This document shows positions 20,979-30,421 of a DNA stretch of 64,000 bases, piece after piece. Positions within the stretch are counted from its first letter, which is position 1; the number at the start of each line of letters is the position of its first letter. The stretch is from an uncultured virus (IMG/VR IMGVR_UViG_3300042402_005558). Lineage: Duplodnaviria; Heunggongvirae; Uroviricota; Caudoviricetes. Below the pieces are notes generated by a model. The model saw only the letters and a list, made by a program, of their open reading frames with translations. It was not told the origin of the DNA and searched no databases. A program made the translations under genes and the position numbers. Where the stretch lies: the IMG/VR virus record IMGVR_UViG_3300042402_005558; one strand, 5' to 3'.

Positions 20979-21762
20979 CTACAAACTTATCCTGTACCGC
21001 ACAGGGATTTGGATCGCCGTGAAACACCGCCACTGAGCATTCTGGATCCGGGATAACATCGTTGCGAACAGTGGCGAATGTGCGTTTGCCGTTGTTCATG
21101 GTGAGTTCACTGCGATTTCGGATTTCCCATTTGTAACTTTGGATCCATTCTCTAGGCCAAAATTTGATTGAATTCTGACACAGTTTCCAGATCCAATCCT
21201 GATCTCCCTGCAATCGCTGTGCATCTCTAGGATTGGTTTGGAACTGAGTCCAGATATGTGTCTGTGTGCCGTGTTCCCAGGCCATTACAGAACTGTTGAG
21301 ATATCGCCATGAAGCATAGAATTTTCTATTGAAATCATGTATGCCTACGAATTGTCCGGGACAATATACCGTGAGTTTGTCTATGTTAGCATGGATAACC
21401 ACATCTAGATCGAAATATAATACTCGACCCCTCAAGGGTAGATCAGGATCAAACATGTGTACCTTGTGCCACCAACCTTTAGGATAGTTGGCATTAGGCT
21501 GGACGATGTTGCGAACACCCTCTATGGGATGTTGGTCATCTGTAAGACATACCAGTTCATAAGGAATAGTGATATGCCTTGCTATCATGTTGCGTAGTCT
21601 TTCTACGTATTCGCGTCCGTATTTGTTGCCGAATCTCACACATAGGATAGTGATCTTAGTATTAGGATCGAGATCAGCCACTATGGCTGCATATTGCTGT
21701 GCGGCCTTTCTGGCTTTGGCTTCGCGCTTGATCCTTTTACGTTCTTCTTTTGACAATTCCAT
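20962..21762 (-). CDS. Glycosyltransferase (GT-A fold, GT8-like)
   Basis: CLTD, GWWHK, YFDLDVVI (DxD), NSSVM, GDQDWI and FHGDPNP motifs. Confidence 0.8.
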   Translation of the reverse strand: MELSKEERKRIKREAKARKAAQQYAAIVADLDPNTKITILCVRFGNKYGREYVERLRNMIARHITIPYELVCLTDDQHPIEGVRNIVQPNANYPKGWWHKVHMFDPDLPLRGRVLYFDLDVVIHANIDKLTVYCPGQFVGIHDFNRKFYASWRYLNSSVMAWEHGTQTHIWTQFQTNPRDAQRLQGDQDWIWKLCQNSIKFWPREWIQSYKWEIRNRSELTMNNGKRTFATVRNDVIPDPECSVAVFHGDPNPCAVQDKFVVDNWC

Positions 21763-22567
21763 CTATGGCCACCAAGTCTTTTAATAACTTCTTTAACTGA
21801 TTTAATGGAATCATATTAGGTCCATCTGAGGGAGCATTATCTGGATCTTCATGACACTCCACAAACACAGCAGCTACTGATCCGGTAGCTACAGCAGCTC
21901 TCGCTAGGTAGGGTACCATAGTCCGGTCTCCACCTGATCGTTCCCCCATTCCTCCAGGCTGTTGGACACTATGAGTGGCATCAAAGACCACTGGATACCC
22001 GGTGCCTGCCATAATGGGTAGACTGCGCATATCCACAACAAGATTATTATATCCATGGGTGTATCCTCTTTCGCATAACATAATGCGTTCATTACCAGTT
22101 GAGGCAATCTTCGCCGCAACGTTTTTCATATCGTGTGGCGCAAGAAACTGACCTTTTTTGACATTGATGGCACAACCAGTAGCACCTGCAGCCAATAACA
22201 AATCAGTTTGACGACACAAGAATGCAGGAATCTGTATAACATCTATACCTGCATCTGCTACTAGCTGTGCCTGATACGTTTCGTGTATGTCAGTTAATAT
22301 AGGAATACCAAATTCATGTTTGATGCTGTTGAGGATTTTTAATCCTTCGTCAATGCCAATACCACGTCGAGTGCCCAGACTTGATCTATTGGCCTTGTCA
22401 AAGCTGCTTTTATAGACTAAATCAATGTCCAGCTCGTCACAGATTTCTTTTATGGTGCCGGCAGTTTGTTCTGCATGAGTTTGGCTTTCTATCTGGCAAG
22501 GGCCAGCGATTAGAAATATTTTGTTTTCGTTGCTGGCAACGATTCTGTTTATGGCAAATGTACGCAT
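21737..22567 (-). CDS. kdsA: 3-deoxy-8-phosphooctulonate (KDO8P) synthase
   Basis: IAGPCQIES, SFDKANRSS, KKGQF, ERG, DATHSVQQPG and SDGPN motifs; start moved to the ATG just after TAAATA at 22573-22578. Confidence 0.95.
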   Translation of the reverse strand: MRTFAINRIVASNENKIFLIAGPCQIESQTHAEQTAGTIKEICDELDIDLVYKSSFDKANRSSLGTRRGIGIDEGLKILNSIKHEFGIPILTDIHETYQAQLVADAGIDVIQIPAFLCRQTDLLLAAGATGCAINVKKGQFLAPHDMKNVAAKIASTGNERIMLCERGYTHGYNNLVVDMRSLPIMAGTGYPVVFDATHSVQQPGGMGERSGGDRTMVPYLARAAVATGSVAAVFVECHEDPDNAPSDGPNMIPLNQLKKLLKDLVAIDGIVKRRT

Positions 22568-22575
22568 AAAACTAT

Positions 22576-22767
22576 TTACCAATGCCTAATAACGTTGGCA
22601 ATAATAAACAGGCAGGTGATAACGTGAATGATGACCCAAAAAGTTTTCAAGAACAGTGCTATTCTTGCTTCACGAACAGTAAGGATAGGAACATCGGGAC
22701 GATCGTCATCCGTTTGCCCCATTAGGTGCCCGGTCGCCCGGGCCCATATACGTTCAAGACTGTTCAT
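22576..22767 (-). CDS. Small membrane protein
   Basis: C-terminal hydrophobic helix; abuts both neighbouring genes. Confidence 0.65.
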   Translation of the reverse strand: MNSLERIWARATGHLMGQTDDDRPDVPILTVREARIALFLKTFWVIIHVITCLFIIANVIRHW

Positions 22768-23319
22768 TCAACACTCACGTATAATAGGAATGTCGCCTTC
22801 GTATGTGGCAGAATTGCCTGCGTGTTCAAATACTTCTACAGATTTTATACGCACTGTTGGATTCAGCGGATAACGATGGTTACCGTTCTTCAACAACCAA
22901 TCCATCTTGTCATAGCATAATTTAGCAAACATTTCACAGCCTACTCCCGGAACAACACGTAGATCACAAACACCAGATCTGCGATATGGTTCTACTTGTA
23001 CACGTTCTGGCCTACCATCGTGTTCTGGATTTGAACTCCATCCACTCATCTCTTTGAAACGATCTAGTAAAGGATCATCTTCAGCGATCACGGTAGTGTG
23101 ATCAAACATGTGATCGGCCCAGGCTTTAAAGTCTTTGAGGCCACCGAAGTCCATGCCCCAATTCTTTTCGTCAAGAGTGTCACATTCAAAAATCAATCTT
23201 ATTCCGATTGAGTATCCGTGTAATAATGAGCAATGACTGTGCGTGGCACGCCATTGTCTAAAGCAGCATGACAGACCTCTATCATTGCCGTAAGTTTTTG
23301 TTGAAAGATATTTCGCCAT
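22768..23319 (-). CDS. queD: 6-carboxy-tetrahydropterin / 6-pyruvoyl-tetrahydropterin synthase
   Basis: HSHCSLLHGYS, DFGGLK, FDHT and EVFEH..NSA motifs; SD GGAGG 6 nt upstream of the ATG at 23319. Confidence 0.85.
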   Translation of the reverse strand: MAKYLSTKTYGNDRGLSCCFRQWRATHSHCSLLHGYSIGIRLIFECDTLDEKNWGMDFGGLKDFKAWADHMFDHTTVIAEDDPLLDRFKEMSGWSSNPEHDGRPERVQVEPYRRSGVCDLRVVPGVGCEMFAKLCYDKMDWLLKNGNHRYPLNPTVRIKSVEVFEHAGNSATYEGDIPIIREC

Positions 23320-23443
23320 CTCTTGCCTCCTATGCATAAAGCGAGTAAGTTTGACGACATGCAGAGTTTATAAAGCGGGATGAATGACGTAAAAGTCCGC
23401 TGTGCCTGTGTGTATAATTTATTATACTATCAAGTTATTTATA
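23320..23443 (-). promoter_or_regulatory. TATAAATA promoter plus structured 5' leader of queD
   Basis: TATAAATA at 23436-23443; stems AGCGG/CCGCT and CTC-TGCAT/ATGCA-GAG, the second overlapping the SD. Confidence 0.5.
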
Positions 23444-24032
23444 ACGCAATAAATTCTACGTTATTTTTCTGCCATTCTCGAGGCATGTTCCAATCTCTGT
23501 GATTTCTAATAATGAATTTTTGATTGGGATGACACATGAACACGCGGTTGATCTGATAGACCCAATATGAATAATCTATAGGTTGTGCATCGGATCTAGC
23601 ATAATTTTTTGTGCCCTTGTAGATATTATTCACAGCAGAGTTGACAGGATACAGATCAAACCCGATAAGTTCTATTTCAGAGTATTCCAATGCTGCGGCC
23701 AACAACACAGCGAATCCACCGCTGCCCCAATGGTCGGGATCGTCCTTTTTGTGCTCTCCCTTATAGGGAAGGTCAGGCAAGACCTTTATGTTTTTGTGTT
23801 TACGTATTTTTCTAAAGTAATGAAACCATGAAGGTCTCACATAGATCGACGTGTTTTTGGTCTGAGAATTTTCTACAGCTTCATCAGCCATTCGTCTATC
23901 ACAGCAGATCAAGTGATCAACGGTGATATCTCTGTGAATGGCGTTGCAACCAATCAGTGTGTCTACGATTAATGAGCTTAGGTCTATGTCTCTACGGCTT
24001 TCGCCGTTGCCGAGTACCACAGCTCGAGACAT
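23439..24032 (-). CDS. GT29/Maf-like (DUF115-type) sugar transferase-fold protein
   Basis: VVLGNGESR, GCNA, GSG and LIGFDL motifs. Confidence 0.6.
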   Translation of the reverse strand: MSRAVVLGNGESRRDIDLSSLIVDTLIGCNAIHRDITVDHLICCDRRMADEAVENSQTKNTSIYVRPSWFHYFRKIRKHKNIKVLPDLPYKGEHKKDDPDHWGSGGFAVLLAAALEYSEIELIGFDLYPVNSAVNNIYKGTKNYARSDAQPIDYSYWVYQINRVFMCHPNQKFIIRNHRDWNMPREWQKNNVEFIAL

Positions 24033-24865
24033 TATTCAATTCTTCCGAATCCGTTCCAAAGACCAGGACTTCCTTCAACCACGCATACCCAACCTACGAA
24101 TCTGCCAGCGGCTGGTTGATTGTTCCAGACGATATCTCCAACAGTGTAATGACCAGAAGTTGGAAAATTATTATCGCTGAGATGTATTTTGTTATTAAAT
24201 TTAATTGATCCATTCACATGTAATGCAGCTCGCGGATCGGGATTGTTAACATTAATTCCTAATGTTCCTAACACAGTTACTTTATTAACATTGCTGCCTA
24301 GTGTAATATTACCGCCAGCTTCGATAGAAATCCTTGGAGTGTTATCAGTTACGATATCTAGATTATGACTGGCAAATGTACCAACAAATCCCTTTACTCC
24401 ATTTGTTGTACCTAGGATTATTTCTACTCCGTCCTCAGCAATGCTGAGAGCAGCATTAGGATTTTCAATTCCTATACCTAACCTATTGGTATTACTATCA
24501 TAAACTATGTATTGATCAATTCTCATACTGCCATCTACAATCAATCCCTTAAGATGACCAACTTCACGTAAATTGCTTTTGGTAACAGTAGCGCCTAGTT
24601 CTTTTTCATCTAGCAGTTTTATATTATTGACTGATATATTTTTGCCTTTGGCTAAATCAATGTTTTCAGATACAAAAAATCTATCTGGTTTAGAGGCAAA
24701 TAAAAATTGTTTATTATGTCCTTGTCCTGACCAAAGAATGCCCTTGCCATCAATATCACCTTTTATAATGATAAATGGCACTTCCGCTACATTGACATCT
24801 TTGCCAGATTCTAAAACTTCTCTAAACGAAGTTAACAGGTTATCTATAGATTGTTGATTAGGCAT
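24032..24865 (-). CDS. Putative virion fibre-like protein
   Basis: RLGIG..NP.AAL and LGIN..NP...LHVNG repeats; GDIVWN..GWVCV..G.PG.W tail; TAAATA at 24921-24926 (-). Confidence 0.6.
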   Translation of the reverse strand: MPNQQSIDNLLTSFREVLESGKDVNVAEVPFIIIKGDIDGKGILWSGQGHNKQFLFASKPDRFFVSENIDLAKGKNISVNNIKLLDEKELGATVTKSNLREVGHLKGLIVDGSMRIDQYIVYDSNTNRLGIGIENPNAALSIAEDGVEIILGTTNGVKGFVGTFASHNLDIVTDNTPRISIEAGGNITLGSNVNKVTVLGTLGINVNNPDPRAALHVNGSIKFNNKIHLSDNNFPTSGHYTVGDIVWNNQPAAGRFVGWVCVVEGSPGLWNGFGRIE

Positions 24866-24933
24866 TTATGTGTTTCCATTTTTTCACAATCGAAATAATA
24901 CAAGATTGCATATATTATTGTATTTATCAATGC

Positions 24934-24961
24934 AAAAAAAAACAGGCCGAAGCCTGTTTTT
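24934..24961 (-). terminator. Rho-independent terminator
   Basis: On the minus strand AAAAACAGGC-TTCG-GCCTG followed by a T run. Confidence 0.9.
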
Positions 24962-24978
24962 ACTGTAGATCTACGTTA

Positions 24979-26160
24979 TTATTGAATGCGAATCAGTATA
25001 GTATCTTCGTTAATTCTACCGTTCAGCTTGATATCTACAGCTTTAATATCGTCTAGGAACTTGCGTAACTGTACCTTGCCTGCAGCCTTGAACTCTTTGA
25101 GCTGTTCTTCTGGTTTACGTAGTGTTTTTTGCACACTTTTTATTGGATCAAATCCTATAATACTCGTGCCTTTGACACCGAGCTCGTTGAATTCGGCAGC
25201 TATATACTTGCCTATTTTACGAGTTTTAGTATTAAACACCCACAATTCTTTAGCACCTATGATATCCTGTGGGTTAATGCTGACCAGTTTTAATTTATCA
25301 TCCTGTTTGAGATGTTTCATTTTGGCGACTAACTTAGATTTATCAGTGGGTTTTTTAGCCCTAGGCTTCTTATTGATCTTAGCTTCCTGTGCCAGCATAT
25401 CGCAGGCAGCAAGAATTTCATTGTAGAATGTCACAATCTTTTTGATCTGTGCTTTGGTCAAATGGCTGTAACCTTCTTTGAGTTGTTCGCATTTACCTTC
25501 TTGCAGTTCCGCATATTCATCATGCTGTCGCTGGTACCAATTCTTGATGATCCTAGCGTGTGCGGCCTTGACCTGGCGACCTCTTAGAAGATTTAGAAGC
25601 TTAAATGCTTTAGGATCAAACGCTTCTGGATCTTCAGCGAATAATTCCAGAGCATCTTCGATCTCTTCAGTCATTTTAAAGGCAGCTTCTTGAGTGCGTT
25701 CCTGTATACTGGGTTGGATAATCGCAGGTTTAGATGCTGTGCTTAGTTCTACTTCCTGTTCATCGTGTTTGCCTTCATCAATAATGTTGGCAATAGCCTT
25801 GCTGAGCCATTCTGCTGTGTTACGACCTTCGTTAAAATCTGCTCTCACTGGAGGCATACCACGCAGTAGATTGGCAGCAACTGCCCCAACTGTGATAGAA
25901 CATCGATTGTCTTTGGTATCTTTGAACTGTTTGATAGTGTCCTTAGAGTAGCCATTCACGCTCATCCAGTTTATGACCTTAGGCTTAAGGTCTTTGCCGC
26001 TGTGTTCCAATCTGTAATAGTCCATGCTTATACGGAAGTGTCGATTGAATTGGTCTGCGGTCATTACCTCTTGACCGTCCCACTTAGGGCTCAGGTCACG
26101 ACCGGCCTTGGCACGATGCTCGGCCACATGTTTTTTAGAAACTCGAGTGCTTGTTGCCAA
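24979..26160 (-). CDS. Hypothetical early protein (393 aa, basic)
   Basis: TTG start with SD AGGAG; has its own promoter and terminator. Confidence 0.8.
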   Translation of the reverse strand: MATSTRVSKKHVAEHRAKAGRDLSPKWDGQEVMTADQFNRHFRISMDYYRLEHSGKDLKPKVINWMSVNGYSKDTIKQFKDTKDNRCSITVGAVAANLLRGMPPVRADFNEGRNTAEWLSKAIANIIDEGKHDEQEVELSTASKPAIIQPSIQERTQEAAFKMTEEIEDALELFAEDPEAFDPKAFKLLNLLRGRQVKAAHARIIKNWYQRQHDEYAELQEGKCEQLKEGYSHLTKAQIKKIVTFYNEILAACDMLAQEAKINKKPRAKKPTDKSKLVAKMKHLKQDDKLKLVSINPQDIIGAKELWVFNTKTRKIGKYIAAEFNELGVKGTSIIGFDPIKSVQKTLRKPEEQLKEFKAAGKVQLRKFLDDIKAVDIKLNGRINEDTILIRIQ

Positions 26161-26191
26161 TTTATGCTCCTGTGCAGTAATTAATATAGTT

Positions 26192-26220
26192 ATTATAGCA
26201 CCAATTTAATATAATGTCAA
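26192..26220 (-). promoter_or_regulatory. Consensus sigma70 promoter
   Basis: TTGACA-N17-TATAAT with an extended -10 TG. Confidence 0.9.
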
Positions 26221-26403
26221 CCGTTCAATTTCCACGGTGTCGCCGTTGTCCAATTCTTGGAATATGGTCACGGCTTCTATGCCTTCTAGTTCCAAAGTAT
26301 TTTGAGCTAATTCTTTGGCTTCTTTCAAACTCTTGGTAGTTTCTACCAATTCCTGATGTCCAATATCGTCCTCAGACCAGACCTCATAAAGTTCCCAGGT
26401 CAT
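26206..26403 (-). CDS. Hypothetical acidic protein
   Basis: Fits the gap between neighbours on the same strand. Confidence 0.6.
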   Translation of the reverse strand: MTWELYEVWSEDDIGHQELVETTKSLKEAKELAQNTLELEGIEAVTIFQELDNGDTVEIERLTLY

Positions 26404-26412
26404 AATAAATTA

Positions 26413-26970
26413 TTAATCTCCTTTTTCAAAGTTTTCCCAATCTCCACCAGGCGCTACGGCCCAGCCAAGACGTTGGAGATCACTCCGGATCTCGTCGGTG
26501 ATGCAACCTTCGGGTACATATTTACGCTGATCATATAAATTTCCAGCTTCTTCGTCTTGATAATCATTTCGGATACCCGAACAATACCAATCGATGTAAT
26601 CACCTTGTTGTCGCATATCAGCTACAATGCCGCCAGCATATCTCCAAGAGCAACCCCATTCCTCACCTTTAAGTACAGGAATGACTTCTAGCCTAATGAA
26701 TCCATTATTACACATTGCCGCATACAAGTTTTGAGCATATGCATCGTGAGCACGAACTTTCTCCAAAATCCAATTAGTGGTTAGGAGATCGTACTCCATG
26801 TTGTTGATTCTGCTTTGGGGATCGTTAAACTTATTATTATGTTCTTCTAAGACTTGTTCAAACCAATCAAGATAATTTTCATTGATAGGTTCTCCTTTTT
26901 CTTCCTGTCGTTTGACATATCCCTCTTTTTGAAAGGTATGTCGATCAGGGCTTTTACTAACTTTATCCAT
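26413..26970 (-). CDS. Hypothetical phage protein
   Basis: YAQNLYAAMCNN..SWRYAGGIVAD..DYIDWYCSG; operonic. Confidence 0.75.
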   Translation of the reverse strand: MDKVSKSPDRHTFQKEGYVKRQEEKGEPINENYLDWFEQVLEEHNNKFNDPQSRINNMEYDLLTTNWILEKVRAHDAYAQNLYAAMCNNGFIRLEVIPVLKGEEWGCSWRYAGGIVADMRQQGDYIDWYCSGIRNDYQDEEAGNLYDQRKYVPEGCITDEIRSDLQRLGWAVAPGGDWENFEKGD

Positions 26971-28216
26971 GTGATTTTACAATTCTATTCATAGATACTT
27001 CTGGATCCCATTCTTTACAATACTTTTTACGATTAGCACGACCCTCTTTGGTGTTAGGATCATAGTCAATCCACGAAAACTCTGTGCCATCGCATTCTGG
27101 ACAATGACTGTTGTAGTCGTCATCTTCACGCATATCGCTGCGCATACCTACCCATCCGCATTCTTTGTTATCGCAGATAGCATCCACAGGCTCGGGAGGT
27201 TGATTGACCCATGAGCTTGTGTCCCAATTGTAACCACTCCAGGTTTCTACACCAGAGATTGGTTTGAACTTGCCGTATTCCCATTCACCGAATTCTGTGC
27301 CGTTCCAGTATGCCGTACCGTATGTGGTACCATAGCTTCGCCAAACACAGCTATACCAACCTTCTATTGTAGGTTTGACTTTTTTAAACTTAAACGTTTC
27401 AGACTTTTCCCATTCGCTTGGACTAGTACCAATCGGAGGATGTCCCCAGTTCTTTTCTTCTGGAGAATATCGTACAAATCCGCCTTCGTCGTCTGTAAGC
27501 ATGACCATAATCATGTCTGAACTCTTGCCGTCGGTTGAGCCACCGTTGTTGTCGATCTCTTCACCGTCATACATCACGGAGTTCACAATCTCTTCTCCGT
27601 CAACTTCATCGTAGTAGAGTTCTAGTTTTTCAATATCAAACGGGGCTCGCAGTTCAAACTCTCCCTCAAAGAATGTTCCTTTCTCGTTGGAGCTACCAAT
27701 GAACACCACTTCACCTTTTTTACGACTGCCGACCCAGACCTCGTCCTGACAGCTCCATGCAGGGCTGCCATCACCGCCATCACAGTCATCAAAACTTTTT
27801 TCAAAAATTGTGTCACCTTTTTCATTTTCAATCTGTACTGTTCCGGCACCTCGGCTTACTCCATTGACATGTGCCATATCATCGCACTCATACCACTGTC
27901 CGGGTGTAAACGGTAACTGATCTAAATCTAATCCCATTTCTTCCTGAACAGTGTCTTCATCACTCCAAGCTATTTCTTGCAGGTCCACGCTGTTTTTCAT
28001 GCAGTAGTTCCATACTTTCTTTTTCACTGTGCCCATGACCTTTTCGCCACCGTAGCCCCACATTGATATTTTATAGGTGCATGGTGTGAACTTGAGAACT
28101 TCTATCAGCTGCTGTTTCTCTGCCAGCTGTTGTTTTTCTAGTTCTTCAGCAGTTGGTTCTGGAGCATCGCTGGGAGCGAATGGCCATGAGCCTTTGGGGT
28201 TGGCTGTCATACACAA
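26963..28216 (-). CDS. Hypothetical acidic protein with a C-terminal zinc-ribbon-like motif
   Basis: Long ORF; CDNKECGW...CPEC. Confidence 0.75.
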   Translation of the reverse strand: MCMTANPKGSWPFAPSDAPEPTAEELEKQQLAEKQQLIEVLKFTPCTYKISMWGYGGEKVMGTVKKKVWNYCMKNSVDLQEIAWSDEDTVQEEMGLDLDQLPFTPGQWYECDDMAHVNGVSRGAGTVQIENEKGDTIFEKSFDDCDGGDGSPAWSCQDEVWVGSRKKGEVVFIGSSNEKGTFFEGEFELRAPFDIEKLELYYDEVDGEEIVNSVMYDGEEIDNNGGSTDGKSSDMIMVMLTDDEGGFVRYSPEEKNWGHPPIGTSPSEWEKSETFKFKKVKPTIEGWYSCVWRSYGTTYGTAYWNGTEFGEWEYGKFKPISGVETWSGYNWDTSSWVNQPPEPVDAICDNKECGWVGMRSDMREDDDYNSHCPECDGTEFSWIDYDPNTKEGRANRKKYCKEWDPEVSMNRIVKSHG

Positions 28217-28587
28217 TCTCCTTGTTCTAATGATTTGGTAGTAGCAGATTTTTCTTTGAAATCTTTTTTAAATTTTTTCACATCATCAACTGCATCAAGC
28301 AGTGTGTGGGCGTAATTAAGGGCCTGTTGTTCAGTCATAGACACAGTGGTTTCGCAATCGATGTAGCCTTTTGATAACAATGTCCAAATATGTTGCCAAC
28401 GTGTCTTTGACCAAAAGTTTGTCTTGACTGTGGTGTAAACAGTGATGTTAACTTCGTACTCGTCAGATTCAACCCAGACATTATGGCTGTGATCATCGTG
28501 GCCACAATTACAAATAATCTTGTAGACTTTAGAGTCTCCCCAATCGTTGGTTTTTAAAATACCTTCTGCTGGAATTTGTGCTTTCAT
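28207..28587 (-). CDS. Hypothetical protein
   Basis: Operonic overlaps; CNCGHDDH motif. Confidence 0.7.
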   Translation of the reverse strand: MKAQIPAEGILKTNDWGDSKVYKIICNCGHDDHSHNVWVESDEYEVNITVYTTVKTNFWSKTRWQHIWTLLSKGYIDCETTVSMTEQQALNYAHTLLDAVDDVKKFKKDFKEKSATTKSLEQGDCV

Positions 28588-28832
28588 TGTATGGGCAACC
28601 TATCAAATGTTTTTACCTGCGAGCGACTGGCTGAAATCATATCAACCATCCTATCGTAGTCGTCAGGATCCATTGCAGATCGATATATGCTCAGCGCCTG
28701 CGTCATCATAACCGCTGCCACCTGCATGGCACCATGTACACCTATCATGTGATCGGTGAACTCTAGATAGTTATCATAGAGCTGTTGCATTTTATCGTCG
28801 GGCATTTTTTCTCTCTTGGTGTCGATATTCAC
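28584..28832 (-). CDS. Hypothetical protein
   Basis: 4-nt overlap with the downstream gene; start uncertain. Confidence 0.6.
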   Translation of the reverse strand: MNIDTKREKMPDDKMQQLYDNYLEFTDHMIGVHGAMQVAAVMMTQALSIYRSAMDPDDYDRMVDMISASRSQVKTFDRLPIQ

Positions 28833-28958
28833 GTCTGATCCACCACTTGTAGGTGTGCCAGTACTGTTTAATTGTAGCAGGTTCTTCTCTGTAGATCAAT
28901 CTCTCCTCGCGATTCTCCATCCAAAGTTGGTTGACCCAAAGGCGGAATCTAGAGTCTT

Positions 28959-29807
28959 TCAAGTCCATAGACTATCTCGAGCTTTGATCAAACGAATCAT
29001 CATAGCTTCGTCTTCTTTTTCGTAGGCAGCTTCGATCTTTTGCAGTAGCTTGTGAGCCTTATCGCTGGCTTTGCGATCAGCAGGATCTTTTGGGTATAGG
29101 CTAGAAAACATTCTGCCTGGATACTTCACACGCATAGCATCGCAGTGAGCACTCCAGCCCGATGCTTCGTATGGATCAGGACGATTGCGATAAGTCACAG
29201 TCCACCATGTGTAAAGTTCTTTGATTTCTTTTGCACGAAGTGCTTGGCTAGTCGGCTTTCCGTAATTAGGACTATCCTTTTCTACACCCCAGTCGTCACC
29301 CATAGTTAGTGTCATTGCCCAATCTAAGTGATCAAGACCTGCTTGTGGACAACGCCAAACACGCCAACGGAACCAGCCACTAGCCCAGAATGGGGGATTG
29401 TATTTGGCACGGGCTTCTTTGTCTCCCCATGCAATGTGACTCCAAGCTGATTCTATCTCAACAAAATCAACCAGCTCATTGAATAGGCAAGGCAGAAAGC
29501 GGTTCCCCACGTCCTGCCACTGGCCAGGCTTAATATCCCTGGGATGAGCGGTAAGACTATGAGTGCGACTAACCCAACGGTTGTTAATGTAGTACTTGAT
29601 ATCATATAGTTTCCTTACAGGCCAAGTGACAAAATCTTGGATATGTCCTAGTGCTTCCTCAGCTAACCAATAACGGAAGTTGTGCTTGATCTGGGCTTGG
29701 GTGGTCCAGTTATCCCATTCTTCAGCTGTGCCTGCACTGAGCTTCTCGGTGCCTCGAACCCAATCTGCGAATGGAGTACAACTCCAATAGTTAGTGTGCT
29801 GTGCCAT
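28959..29807 (-). CDS. Hypothetical Trp-rich phage protein
   Basis: Long ORF with SD GAAGGA and its own promoter. Confidence 0.8.
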   Translation of the reverse strand: MAQHTNYWSCTPFADWVRGTEKLSAGTAEEWDNWTTQAQIKHNFRYWLAEEALGHIQDFVTWPVRKLYDIKYYINNRWVSRTHSLTAHPRDIKPGQWQDVGNRFLPCLFNELVDFVEIESAWSHIAWGDKEARAKYNPPFWASGWFRWRVWRCPQAGLDHLDWAMTLTMGDDWGVEKDSPNYGKPTSQALRAKEIKELYTWWTVTYRNRPDPYEASGWSAHCDAMRVKYPGRMFSSLYPKDPADRKASDKAHKLLQKIEAAYEKEDEAMMIRLIKARDSLWT

Positions 29808-29843
29808 TTTATTCCTTCTAAGACTTAGTAGTCGAACACTTTA

Positions 29844-29872
29844 ATTATACGATCTTTTCAAGAATCTGTCAA
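29844..29872 (-). promoter_or_regulatory. Consensus sigma70 promoter
   Basis: TTGACA-N17-TATAAT. Confidence 0.9.
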
Positions 29873-29890
29873 TAACAATTGGAAAATGAC

Positions 29891-30274
29891 TCAGATTTTT
29901 CGATGATACCCTGCCAAATACAGCATCATGCTGTACTGCTCGTAGGCTTTTTTCACAGACTCGTGGGTCATACGAAAGTTTGATTCCTCACGTTCTTTGT
30001 TCATCAGCATTTCGAACATGTCAGTGTAGCCCTGGCTGTGCGGATTGTTGTTGAAGAAGCGTTTTTCCATCTCTACCAAAGTCTTTAATCTGCTCTCTGG
30101 AATCTGCAGAGTATAGAGTTTCTCAGTTTGATATTCTACGACATCGTTTCGTATGACATCAGCACGTTCGGGATCTGTAAAGAATCTAGGGGGATGATAT
30201 CGAGCAGCTCGTCCAGTGTCATTGACTACACGAACATCGTAATTTTCACAGAATTTTTTGAGATTATCTTCCAC
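29891..30274 (-). CDS. Hypothetical protein
   Basis: GTG start overlapping the upstream small ORF. Confidence 0.7.
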   Translation of the reverse strand: MEDNLKKFCENYDVRVVNDTGRAARYHPPRFFTDPERADVIRNDVVEYQTEKLYTLQIPESRLKTLVEMEKRFFNNNPHSQGYTDMFEMLMNKEREESNFRMTHESVKKAYEQYSMMLYLAGYHRKI

Positions 30275-30419
30275 GACCTGCAGACTTTTTGACGGGTTTG
30301 TTTACATTGATCTGACTACCATGTATGCCGTGATTGGCATCTGTGGTGTTTTTGTCGTTGTTTTGTTTTTGATTCTGTTTTTTCTTTAACAGTGCTGCTT
30401 TGAGTAGATCTGTCTTCAT
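30264..30419 (-). CDS. Small basic protein (51 aa), missing from the ORF track
   Basis: Translated by hand: MKTDLLKAALLKKKQNQKQNNDKNTTDANHGIHGSQINVNKPVKKSAGRGR; SD AAGGAG at the end of thyX; fills the gap exactly. Confidence 0.7.
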   Translation of the reverse strand: MKTDLLKAALLKKKQNQKQNNDKNTTDANHGIHGSQINVNKPVKKSAGRGR

Positions 30420-30421
30420 TA

